In this document: positions 24,094 to 34,797 of the stretch, in pieces
Position numbering within the stretch: position 1 is the stretch's first letter
Layout of the letters: each line of letters begins with the position of its first letter
DNA from: Macrostomum lignano
Lineage: Eukaryota
Assembly (NCBI GenBank): GCA_002269645.1
Contig: NIVC01003691.1
Location: forward strand, 1-52,947
DNA: 52,947 nucleotides
Reading direction: 5' to 3'
The notes under the pieces: generated by a model
Seen by the model: the letters and a program-made list of their open reading frames with translations, nothing else
Database searches by the model: none
Told to the model about the DNA's origin: nothing
Program-made: the position numbers and the translations under genes

Positions 24094-24420
24094 GAAATTT
24101 AGGCGACGTGAAGAGCGCATCACATATATACAATATGTATTTAGTAGGCGTTGTGAAATTTAGGCGACGTGAAGAGAATGCATCACATATACAATGTATT
24201 TAGTAGGCGTTGTGAAATTTAGGCGACGTGAAGAGAACGCATCACATATACAATGTATTTAGTAGGCGTGTGAAATTTAGGCGACGTGAAGAGCGCATCA
24301 CATACAATGTGTTTAGTAGGCGTTGTGAAATTTAGGCGACGTGAAGAGCGCATCACATATACAATGTATTTAGTAGGCGTTGTGAAATTTAGGCGATGTG
24401 AAACGTAGGCGTTGGGAAGT
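24094..24420. repeat. About 55-57-bp minisatellite, about 6 copies
   Basis: Unit GAAATTTAGGCGACGTGAAGAGCGCATCACATATACAATGTATTTAGTAGGCGTTGT. Confidence 0.95.
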
Positions 24421-24707
24421 GTGGCGGTTTTGGCGTTAAAAATTTAGGTCTTATTAGAGATTTAGTATATTGTGATGAAAGCGCGTCCCGTCAGCAAGTC
24501 TACAATACATCGACATTGCGAGCCATTTAACGAAGCAGACACACACTAGAACACACAGCTACGAGTTTAACTACCCCTCGTCTGAGTTTGAGAACCTCTT
24601 GCTCAGAGGTTCTTCCCGAATCAGTCATTTGTTCGTTTAAACCAGTTCAAATTAAAAAGGCACCGATTTAAGTAAAGAAGATTCAATTCAACGGCCCGAT
24701 CAAAACC

Positions 24708-24740
24708 ACAGATACTATAAACACTGTTTATAGTATCTGT
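24708..24740. other. 33-bp perfect palindrome flanked by a 10-bp direct repeat
   Basis: ACAGATACTATAAACA-C-TGTTTATAGTATCTGT; GATCAAAACC at 24698-24707 and 24741-24750. Confidence 0.9.
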
Positions 24741-24791
24741 GATCAAAACCTTAGAAGTTAAGAAAGAAGCATATAAAGAATTAACTCAAAA

Positions 24792-25036
24792 CTGACAAAA
24801 GCAGCTGGAAAAGATCAGATTTACACCGAGACATTAAAATTCTTTGAAGATCAACTGACAGATACTTTATGTTCATTATTCAACAAAATCTTAGAACATG
24901 GAAAGTTCCCAATAGACTGAATAACAAATACTTTGCACCCAATATACAAAAACAAAGGTAGCACAAGGGACCCAAACAATTACAGAGGTATATGCGTTCA
25001 ACCTACTCTTGAAAAGCTTCTATGTTCAATTTATTA
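24792..25036 (+). pseudogene. Non-LTR retrotransposon (LINE) reverse-transcriptase N-terminal fragment
   Basis: KAAGKDQIYTETLK...LFNKILEHGKFPID*..PIYKNKGSTRDPNNYRGICVQPTLEKLL; in-frame stop where a Trp is expected. Confidence 0.85.
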
Positions 25037-25669
25037 AAATTAAAACTAGGCTTGAAGACCTTGCTTATTCAAACAACCTTATCTCAAAGTACCAATATGC
25101 TTCAAACCTAATCATAGTTAATTTGTAAAAATTATCTTATTTAATTTTTAAAAAAATATTATTTATTAATTTATATAAAATTTATTGATTTATAGTCATT
25201 AGCTAATACTATACTATAGGCTTTTCCACATTTGACGACAAGTTTTAGTCCCAATATTATAAAGCTCATTTAGGCCTATATCAAATTATTATCAAGCTAT
25301 TAAGCTTGTCTATAAATGGTAATTGTCTAATTGAGTTGCTTTTTAATATAGTATGCTAGTCTCTTATCTCTTTCCCCTTTCTAGCCTCCACATCTCTTTA
25401 AAGAGACTTCTTAAACTTTTAAGACTTCTTAAATTATTATAGATCTGTTGCAATATTTTAATTGTTAGACTAAGGCCTAGCCCATTAACATTGGTGTCTC
25501 TTCATAGTATATCTTTTAAAGCATTTATTACATTTCAAAAATAATTAGTATAGTTTGTAAGAATGAAATTTTATAGAATTGTTATTAAATCCTTGGTTAA
25601 TATAGTTGTAGCAGCTACTTAGTATTTACTACTGTCTCTAGATTAAAATAATTGCATGTTATTCATAAC

Positions 25670-25841
25670 CATACATGCGCAACCTTGGGAATCACTCGGC
25701 CATTTCTATTGGCAACACACATATGTAAGTCGCTATTGGCTGAGAGCAGTCATGTGACTACTATTCCGTCCAATAGCGACTTACATGTGTGTGTTGCCAA
25801 TAGAAACGGCCGGGTGAATCCCTAGGTTGCGCCCAAGCATG
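25670..25841. mobile_element. Foldback MITE with about 63-bp arms, probably hAT-type
   Basis: GCGCAACC...CGCTATTGG and its near-perfect reverse complement; TTCATAAC duplicated at 25662-25669 and 25842-25849. Confidence 0.75.
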
Positions 25842-25997
25842 TTCATAACATTATACTTTTCTGTCTCAATATTTACACCTATGTTTAGAAGTTGTGGCCC
25901 ATTTTAAATTGTTATTCAGCTTATAATTATAAAACCAAAATGTACTAAAAAAATATATTTATGCATCTTAAGCAGCTTAGCCAGTCTGCTTAGTTTT

Positions 25998-27131
25998 ATG
26001 ATGAATGATTTGCAAGCATCACAATGCTCTCTGTCTGCCCTATCTGATGCAGAATCAAGAATCATTCTGCGGCGATGGTGCCCACTGATTGGCACCAGCA
26101 TCCAAGTGGTTGGCCTGGTTAACAATGACTCTGACTTGACTGCACCTCTGCAAAACCAAACCCAGTCACAAGCCGCAATTTGCACCAGTGCTGCTATTGA
26201 ATACATTCACCAAGGTGGTCGGGTTGTCATTGATAAGAACAAAGTAGCTTACGAACTAATCGGCTTACCTATGCGTTCGATTGGTGAGCTGTGGGCCAGC
26301 CTAGACCTGGGTAGCGCCGAACAGCAGCTCAAGCAGCCATCTGACAAATTCTTTGACGCCTGCAGTGTCAGCTTGTCAGAGTCCTGGCCACGGCTGGCTG
26401 CCACTATGGACGATGATGTAGCTGATTACACCACTACTGCCGACTGCGCTCAGAGCGGGTTAGTTTGCACTACTTATAGTAGCTTATTGGTACCTGGCCG
26501 TTTCTGTTTTCGAGGTTTTAAATTTAATAAATTTTTAAGTTTTGCAACACTAGCGAATATTTTTAAACTACTAAACTAAGTAGCTTAAACGTGTTTATTT
26601 ATTTTTTTCATTTAAAGCGATAATCTACTTAACGAAGTCACCCAGCGGCTAAACAGCGATACCGCAGCTGCCAAATCAGCCGAGCTTGTCAACGAAGCTT
26701 CAACAACTGAAAGCCCAACTGCCAGCCCAGTGATAACTCCGCCCGCGGCTCCGTTAGGCTCCAAGATGGCTCGAAAACGTGCACGCTGGCAAGCCAGTAG
26801 GCAGGAAGCAACAATTGACCTCAGCTCTCGGACGAAATCGTCCAGTCGACGGGGCGGCGGCAGCGAAGAACGCCAAGATTCTCGAACACGTAAGAAGCGA
26901 CATTTGGCGTCGAATGAGACTCCGACGACGCCACAGCCGCCGACACCGCAGCCGCTGATGGCGAAGCGCCGCGAGTCGCTCCGACGCCAGTGCCAGGCGT
27001 CCGCTTCGCCTCTGCCAATTGAAAGCTCGTCAGCTTTAGCGGCTTTGCGCCGGCGCTACGGCTTCTTTGCGGGGCCCGGGCGGCGGAGCCGGCAGAAGAG
27101 CCGGCGGAATACCATGCCCAGCAGAGTGTAA
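25998..27131 (+). CDS. SANTA-domain protein, KNL2/M18BP1-like; join(25998..26458,26618..27131), 324 aa
   Basis: IILRRW..IQVVG..CTSAAIE..AYELIG..KFF....ESWPRL follows the SANTA pattern L..W/I.VEG/S..I/Y.L.G/F..GFP..W. Phase-2 intron GTTAGT..TTAAAG. Basic, low-complexity C-terminus. Confidence 0.55.
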
Positions 27132-27270
27132 AGCCTTTGCCGTGGCTTTTTTGAACTTCAAGTTCAACAAATTTCACTAACTTTACTAGTATTAGTAGTA
27201 TCTTTCATTTTTATCAAAAGTGTGTTCGGTTGCTCGGATTGAATTAGATTAGACCACTGTAAATCTAATG

Positions 27271-27490
27271 TGAGACTAGATCAGCATGAATCAGAATCTC
27301 GTGAGACTAGATTAGTGTGAAACAGAATATCGTGAGACTAGATTAGTGTGAAACAGAATCTCGTGAGACTAGATTAGTGTGAAACAGAATATCGTGAGAC
27401 TAGATCAGTGTGAATCAGAGTCTCCATGAGACTAGATCAGCATGAATCAGAATCTCATGGGGTTAGATCAGCACGAATCAAAGTCTCAGA
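27271..27490. repeat. 31-bp minisatellite, about 7 copies
   Basis: Unit GTGAGACTAGATTAGTGTGAAACAGAATATC. Confidence 0.9.
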
Positions 27491-28309
27491 GAATAAGGCC
27501 CGCATTAGTACAAAATCTAAGATTTGAACTAAAATGGATAGAAAGGCTTTGGCTTTGTATTTAATAAACGCCTCCTAGAGTTCTCAAAGTTGGAAACCTG
27601 CAAGATTTGTAGTAAACTGACACACACCTTTGCACTGTTACTCGTATTTTAAATCTCATGGCGAAGCCATTTAGTTCCAAGCAGCATTTCAACAAAGCAA
27701 AATTGTACATCTTATCCTAATTGTCAATGCAAGTATTCCTCTTTTTCCATTCAAAATTGCATTAGCATATTTCTCTTGTATTTGAGTTGCTATAGACATT
27801 TATCAATGAAGTCTAATAATGTTTTTTTTATTATATAACATTGTAAATTGTAATGAAAATTGGCAAGTTATTATTAGCCCCCGATGCTTCTCCATCTTCA
27901 AGCCAACACACTCTCAATGCTCAAGTCACTTCGCAAACATCGCTGTCAAATATATAATTTGCTTTTGCAACAACGAAACATTTCTTTAAAAATGGACAAA
28001 AATTACTTTGTTTTGTAATAAATTTTACTTGTCGCTCACAGAACTACTTTTAAGTAAGCCAGTCCAGCATTAGTAGCGTTTTTTACGAGTATTAAAAAAT
28101 AAATTATAAAAGCTTGTGTTGCATGTAATTTTGACAGTCTCTGACTGTTTTTACCCTGGTTGCCTCTCTGGTAGCTTGTCTTAGGGTTGTGCGCAATCCG
28201 ATTGGCTATGCCAATTTCTAAGGGTCCGCCCCGGAGGGGCTGTGCCCATCTAAAAATAAGCCCTATTTCTATTTCTATAATGTACATTCCAATTATTTGG
28301 CCCTCGGCC

Positions 28310-29285
28310 TTGGGTTAGGGGTGGTGTACCTGGAGTGAGTTGGAGATCTGGACTGCAGTGTGGCTAGAACGGGACTTGAGCCCCCCGGTCGCACCCGCCC
28401 TGCAGGAAAGACGACCATTCACTAAAGTGTACGGTAGAGCCCAGTTGATGCCAGCCCTGAGGCTGAGCCCGGGTCAGGGTTCAGGTGCTCCTCCCCCAAT
28501 TAAATTCCGGTGGTCACTTTCCAATCTTTGGAGTTATGAGCTCTGCCCTACCTGCCCGGTCCATCCTGCTCTGTCCTTGGTCCATCTGCTGGCTCCTCTG
28601 GTTGTCTCCCTGCTTTTGTGTCTTGGCTCTCATCTCTGACAGTGGATTGGAGTCCTGGGAAGGAAGTTCGTCCGAATCGGGGAAAACCGGCTGAGTCCGG
28701 TTTCCTCTTGCTCCTTGTGCCCCTCCCCCCCCCTTGGCCTGGCCTCCAATATTGAGCTGGATAGGCGATGCCCTTGGGTTGGTAGCAATAGAGGCGTAGC
28801 AATATCCGCCTAGAGTCTCCCCCTCGGATACAAGCCTTCCAGACTCACTCCAAAATAGAGCTGGGTAGTGAAAAGCCTTGAGGCTCGAGTTAACGCTCTT
28901 GGTAAATAGCTGCCCAGACTCTCTCCAATAGTTAGCCCTTTCCAAGACTTCTGGGTTTTCCCGCTCTTGGACGGCTTTTTCAGTAATTCCAATTCTGTTT
29001 TTCGCGCACTCCCAAGGACTTGTCTGCTGGGGGGTGGCCTGGGTGGACTCGGTCCTAGCACCGTCCCTGATTCCACTGTTGGTTTGGCGGTGTCTTGTAC
29101 CGTAGGTTTGGGTCTAACTCGCCCCCCCCCGCGCTTTAAGCCGGGTCCAATCCAATTGCATCCATGGGGTATCTCGGGCCCTGGACAGTTAATGCCTTGG
29201 CCCCTGGAAGTGCCCCTCGCGCAGAGCCCACCCCAGGGCTGATCCGCGGGTCCCCTAGGACCCTTTCGTTTAACAACAACAACAT
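28310..29285 (+). mobile_element. GC-rich interspersed repeat with an (AAC)n tail (retroposon 3' end-like), copy 1
   Basis: About 850 bp colinear with 39012-39845; both end GGGCTGATCCGCGGG..TAACAACAA. Confidence 0.65.
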
Positions 29286-29532
29286 GTAATTTTGTTCGTT
29301 GTTTGCTAAAACTATGATTGGAACAAAATATTTACCAGATGTACTCCTAAAAGTATCAATTTTGATTACAAACAACCAAGGGTTGATTGTGTCAGGTGAC
29401 TCACTCAGTGGGGACGTCCGTTTAAATATTGATTCTTGCAAGTCAAAAATAAATGTCTGTATGGGTGTGTCAATTGTCATAAGCTTTAATAGCAGGCCAA
29501 TAGCAGTTTCGAAAAATGCTCTTACACGTATG

Positions 29533-30400
29533 TCAAGTATTCTCATCTAGCTGTCAAGCATTCTCATCTAGCTGTCATGTATTCTCATCTAGCTGTCATG
29601 TATTCTCATCTAGCTGTCAAGCATTCATCTAGCTGTCAAGCATTCTCATCTAGCTGTCAAGTATTCTCATCTAGCTGTCAAGTATTCTCATCTAACTGTC
29701 ATGTATTCTCATCTAGCTGTCAAGTATTCTCATCTAACTGTCATGTATTCTCATCTAGCTGTCAACTATCCTCACCTTGCTGTCAAATGTGTCCTCATCT
29801 AGCTTTCAGATGTCCTCATCTAGCTGTCAGATATTCTCATCTAGCTGTCAAATATTCTCATCTAGCTGTCATGTATTCTCATCTAGCTGTCAAGCATTCA
29901 TCTAGCTGTCAAGCATTCTCATCTAGCTGTCAAGTATTCTCATCTAGCTGTCAAGTATTCTCATCTAACTGTCATGTATTCTCATCTAGCTGTCAAGTAT
30001 TCTCATCTAACTGTCATGTATTCTCATCTAGCTGTCAACTATCCTCACCTTGCTGTCAAATGTGTCCTCATCTAGCTTTCAGATGTCCTCATCTAGCTGT
30101 CAGATATTCTCATCTAGCTGTCAAATATTCTCATCTAGCTGTCAAGTATTCTCATCTAGCTGTCAAGTATTCTCATCTAGCTGTCAAGCATTCTCATCTA
30201 GCTGTCAAGTATTCTCATCTAGCTGTCAAGTATTCTCATCTAACTGTCATGTATTCTCATCTAGCTGTCAACTATCCTCACCTTGCTGTCAGATATCCTC
30301 ATCTAGCTTTCAGATGTCCTCATCTATACTAGCTGTCAAGCATTCATCTAGCTGTCAAGCATTCATCTAGCTGTCAACTATTCTCATCTAGCTGTCAGAC
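29533..30400. repeat. 21-bp minisatellite, about 40 units, with a 273-bp higher-order duplication
   Basis: Unit ATTCTCATCTAGCTGTCAAGT; the variant unit GCATTCATCT recurs at 29621 and 29894. Confidence 0.95.
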
Positions 30401-30598
30401 TTGCCCTCAAAAGTCAAAACTCTTGCTATCGAACGCCTTACTGTTCAGCTGTTTAGCCTGGCAAGACACACGTGCAACAGTTACGGCCTGAAGTTTAGAA
30501 GTTCTGTACTCATAGGGAAAAAACAATAAATAGTTAACAGCAATGGCATCAGGATGCAGCCGATAAACAAAGCAGGTGTTTGGAATTTAGCAAAGCTG

Positions 30599-30958
30599 TT
30601 AAACAGTAGCTTGCCGCTTGAACTCCTTCAGCGCAACGTTTTCACTGTCGTGTTTTTGGTCATGCTCGTCCTCATTGGTTAAGTCTGTCAGCTTAAGGCC
30701 TGGCACCTGTTGCCGATTCGCAGCGAACCTGTGGCCAAACAGATTCCTTCCCAGCTGGGCTCTGGCCGATACCGGACAGCACTGTCTGTAGATGAGCAGA
30801 AACAGCAGCTGGCCACAACACATCAGTGCTAACAGGCAAGCGCCGCATAGCACTATCATGAGTAGTATGCTGTTCAAATCTATATAATCGTCTTCAACCT
30901 TCAAGTTGAGATTGTCTTCAGGCGGTGGCGCCCAGGTTGATAATAACAGCGGTGGCAT
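30599..30958 (-). CDS. Small single-pass membrane protein, 119 aa, unknown family
   Basis: Single-exon ORF with an upstream in-frame stop. Acidic N-terminus, TM segment ILLMIVLCGACLLALMCCGQLLFLLIY, juxtamembrane CC, C-terminal ATV. Confidence 0.45.
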   Translation of the reverse strand: MPPLLLSTWAPPPEDNLNLKVEDDYIDLNSILLMIVLCGACLLALMCCGQLLFLLIYRQCCPVSARAQLGRNLFGHRFAANRQQVPGLKLTDLTNEDEHDQKHDSENVALKEFKRQATV

Positions 30959-31747
30959 TAGTGTAACAGAATCCGTTTAACTCTTAGTGGTTAGTGACTT
31001 GAAAATGTTCCCCTCCACATTGGCTTTATATATTCTTGTTTACTATATACAGACCGACTTTCGCTTTTAGGAAAAGCGCTATATAGCTTCGACCAATGGG
31101 TATACATGTAGTGCGCTGCGCAGCTAGATAGTGTACATGTATTCTGAGGGGATGGGGTGAAGACCCGTGCGCATGCACAAGCAGTATGAAATATCTATGT
31201 ACAAAGATATCCACACTTGCTCACGTGAAACATGCAGCTGCGCACTGTTTGAATTTCATTTCCTGCAAATAGAATTTGAATCCATTGCAATTTACTTGGA
31301 TTTCCTATGGCATCAGATGTATGTAGTATGTCGACTTAGTGCCTAAAGAGACATCTGTTTGCACGTCATTGCTGCATCCATTTACTATACTGCCTTACCT
31401 ACAGTTCAGTACACTGTTTGGTTGGTTCCTTTTGCGACAGACAGCCGAAAAGTTCGCAATTGCTGTAGCTATTGCAGACTGGAAAATCTAAGGTCTACTA
31501 GTTCGATTTCTGTTTAGTTCAGGTGCAGAAAATTTAATCTACCTAGCGGATTATAGATCCAGTTTCCTACATTTCGATAATTAGTCACGAGTCAAGGAAA
31601 AGCACGGCGGAGTTCCTAGATACAGTACATAAAAAAATTTGCCGTCATTTCCATCGCGCAAATTTCCGTTCTAAAAATTACCCACTAATCTGAGTACAGT
31701 TCTTGAAAAACTTAGTTGCAAATTGTACAAGAGTATACCCTCTAGAG

Positions 31748-32215
31748 GAGATTCAGGATGGGGTAGGGGAGATTCTCAATGGGGTAAGGGAGATTCTAGA
31801 TGGGGTAGGGGAGTTTCAAAATGGGGTAAGGGAGATTCTAGATGGGGTAAGGGAGATTCTAGATGGGGTAGGGGAGATTCTAGATGGGTAGGGGAGATTC
31901 TAGATGGGTAGGGGATATTCTGAATGGGATATTGGAGATTCTGAATGGGATATTGGAGATTCTGAATGGGATATTGGAGATTCTGAATGGGATATTGAAG
32001 ATTCTGAATGGGATATCGGAGATTCTGAATGGGATAGGGGAGATTCTGAATGGGATATTGGAGATTCTGAATGGGATAGTGGAGATTCTGAATGGGATAG
32101 TGGAGATTCTGAATGGGATATTGGAGATTCTGAATGGGATATTGGAGATTCTGAATGGGATAGGAGAGACTGATTGTGATAGGGGAGATTCTGTAAGGGA
32201 TAGTGGAGATTCCAG
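31748..32215. repeat. 21-bp minisatellite with two unit variants
   Basis: GGAGATTCTAGATGGGGTAAG units switch to GGAGATTCTGAATGGGATATT near 31915. Confidence 0.95.
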
Positions 32216-33093
32216 GGAAAGGGGTAAGAGTATGAAATGAGGAAATTACAAAAACAGGAACAGGGAGAATGCAAGTTATTTAGCCCGTCAGTCAAAAGCA
32301 AATTGCAAGCATCATCAAAAGTCATAACAGTGCAGATGAAACAACAACCAGCTTATTTTATTGACATCTCTTATGAACACGAACTCAATGAATAGTTATG
32401 TATTCAATGCAAACGTCAAAACACATTTCTTATTCCCAAAAGCAAAAAAGCCTGCAACGAAGATGGTTATAGTAGAAATAGCATTAATCTAAAATGTACA
32501 CGCAAGCAGTCTGTAATCAAACAAAGAATTATTGATTCATCAAGTAATTATTAAAAGATCTTAATCCATGCTGATTACATTCTGACATCATCGATATATA
32601 TGAAGCGATTAGCAAAAGTTAATTAATCAACAGGAGAATTAAAATATGCACTGTGATTATCAGCTTAAAATAAAAAGCGAATTACATAAGTTGTTAAGCA
32701 ACAAGTCTGGCACAAAGAGGCACTTCCTACTTACTAGAAACAAAAGTAGTATGAATGGAAAATATGAGTCTAGGTCATTAGCGTTTTATAGGTTGCATAG
32801 GAAGTAAGCGAGCTGATGAACAGAAACATTCAAATTTTAAGTGCAAAACCTGTTTGAATCGGCTAAAAACAAAATTTTATGGGAAAATGAATAAAAACTA
32901 CTAAAAATACTAATTAGTAGGCAGATAAGGGTAAAACATGCGAAATTATCAGAAAAGCAAATCAATAAAACATTTTTCACGGGCATGCAGACATTATATT
33001 TCTGATTTCCGATTACTGATCCATTTCTAATTTTAAATGGACAAAAAAATTAATGCCGCAATTTATAGTGATTAAAATATCATTACTGGTTAA

Positions 33094-33404
33094 TAATAAT
33101 AACATTAATAGTAATTGATTACACCTGTGCTAATGGCCAGATGTGCAACCGACAGCTCAGCCGCAGCTATTGCGCGGCGCATCTGAAGGCTGCGAACGGC
33201 TGTTCAGTCCAAGGACTGGGGGGTCGCCACACACCCCCTCAATTACCCCAGCTAATGCTGGCACCCATTTTAGAGCTGGGTGGGTGGGAAATGCAGAGTT
33301 AAGTGTCTTGCGCAAGGACACAAATTGTTCCGGGTGGGGCCGAGAATCGAACCCCCGACCTTTCAGTCGTGAATCCGACGCTCTAACCACTATGTTACAA
33401 CCCC
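33094..33404 (-). mobile_element. tRNA-derived SINE, family A, full length with (ATT)n tail
   Basis: Reverse complement has A/B boxes and the CORE-like segment; TTACTGGTTAA occurs at both flanks (33083-33093 and 33409-33419). Confidence 0.85.
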
Positions 33405-33842
33405 ACTGTTACTGGTTAAACCCAGTGCTTGACTATGATAAATTATAATAAAAAATATTAATAAGCATTCATACAAAAATATATGTTTGCCGATATGTAT
33501 CGAAATAACTTAAATTTCTATAACATACAGGCCAGCATGTCATGGTACCCATAGCTATCCAGCTCACTGTTACAGCCACAGAATCGGATGAATTACTCGT
33601 ATAATATAAATTAAACAAAACCAAAAGCACGAAAACATTTGTAAAACAAAGCATTAAACAAATAAAACTAAACAATCGCACAAGATGCTCAGACGCCAAC
33701 CAGGTTTGATATTTGCAAAAAGATCTTAAGAAAAGAAAGAAATCAAAATAAAAAACACTCACGACCGCATTTTCGCATATGCTACTCATAGTAGAGATGA
33801 TGGGTAATTTAATTTCACTAAAACAGTCGGTCAGACACCGGC

Positions 33843-34797
33843 TCACTGCTTCTGCTCGGCGCCAGCTGCTGCATCGCCGGATGAGGCTGCACCGTCGCCG
33901 CCACTCGCTTCGTTTGGTGGACTTGGCGGGCGAGGCCGACCGGAGCCGAAGATGGAGGCGCTCCTAGTTGAAGCGGCCGCGTTAACCGGAGCGTCCACCG
34001 TCCGGGGCAGCAGGTTCAGCTTTGGCCGGCCGGGCGGCGGATTGTCCGACGGCAGGTCGTCCGAGGACGACAGACGCTGTCGTCTTTGATGGTCGCCACC
34101 AGCGCCGCCGCCGCCCCTGCCGCGGTAGCTGCCGCCGTAGCCTCCGCCACCGCCCCGGTCAGACTGCTGGTGCTGGAAGTCCCTACCGTCCCTATGGTAG
34201 TTTCCGCCCCCTCGTCCGCCCCCGCCTCCTCTTCCGCCGCCACCGCGGCCGTAGCTTTCGCCACCTCGAGCGCCGCCGCCTCCGCGACCGCCGCCTCCGC
34301 GACCGCCGCCTCCTTAACGTGTTTGTGCGCAATTATAAACATTTTGTAACAGACAGTCGATGACCAGAAGCTCACTATTGAAAACGAATATCAGAATTTC
34401 GCTGACTCACCTCGAAATCCCTGGTTACGATTGCGATTACTTTGCGCCCGATCGATTTTCAATTCTCTATTGTCGTAAATCTAAAAATTAGATATTTTTA
34501 AGATATAAAAATGCTTTTTTGCTACTGTTAGTAGAATAAATAAAAAACTGCGAAGAAAAATGCACCTACAGCTTTATTCAGATTCAGTGCAGTCTGCATC
34601 GATTCGTGGTCCTCAAATTCAACAAAAGCGTGCCCTTTAAAGACGTCAGTCTCGCGATCTCGGGCCATTCGAATGCTTTTAATGCGACAGTTGCCGAAAA
34701 TGTGTTCAACATCGCCTTGAATTGAATCTCTAGGCAGGTTGCCAATGTAAACAGTCAACGATTCGGGCTCTTCGTAGCCGAACTCTTCTCTGCTCAT
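33843..34797 (-). CDS. EIF4H: Eukaryotic translation initiation factor 4H-like; complement(join(33843..34312,34411..34480,34570..34797)), 255 aa
   Basis: RRM (TVYIGNLP..QGDV..RDRETDVFKGHAFVEF), RGG-rich middle region and C-terminal RPKLNLLPRTV..SIFGSGRPR motif. Two introns with consistent phases (0,1). Confidence 0.88.

Noticed and set aside
29136-29546. 136-aa minus-strand ORF
   Set aside because: Bridges a minisatellite edge and a retroposon tail; no recognisable domain or convincing splice context.
29577-30370. Heptad-repeat ORFs (YSHLAVK, FSSSCQ) and ILEILNG/SEWDIGD ORFs at 31703-32325
   Set aside because: Several frames are open because of the 21-bp periodicity, and the main ORF switches repeat register; no flanking gene structure.
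34016-34375. Ala-rich ORFs on both strands
   Set aside because: Alternative frames of the eIF4H RGG exon.
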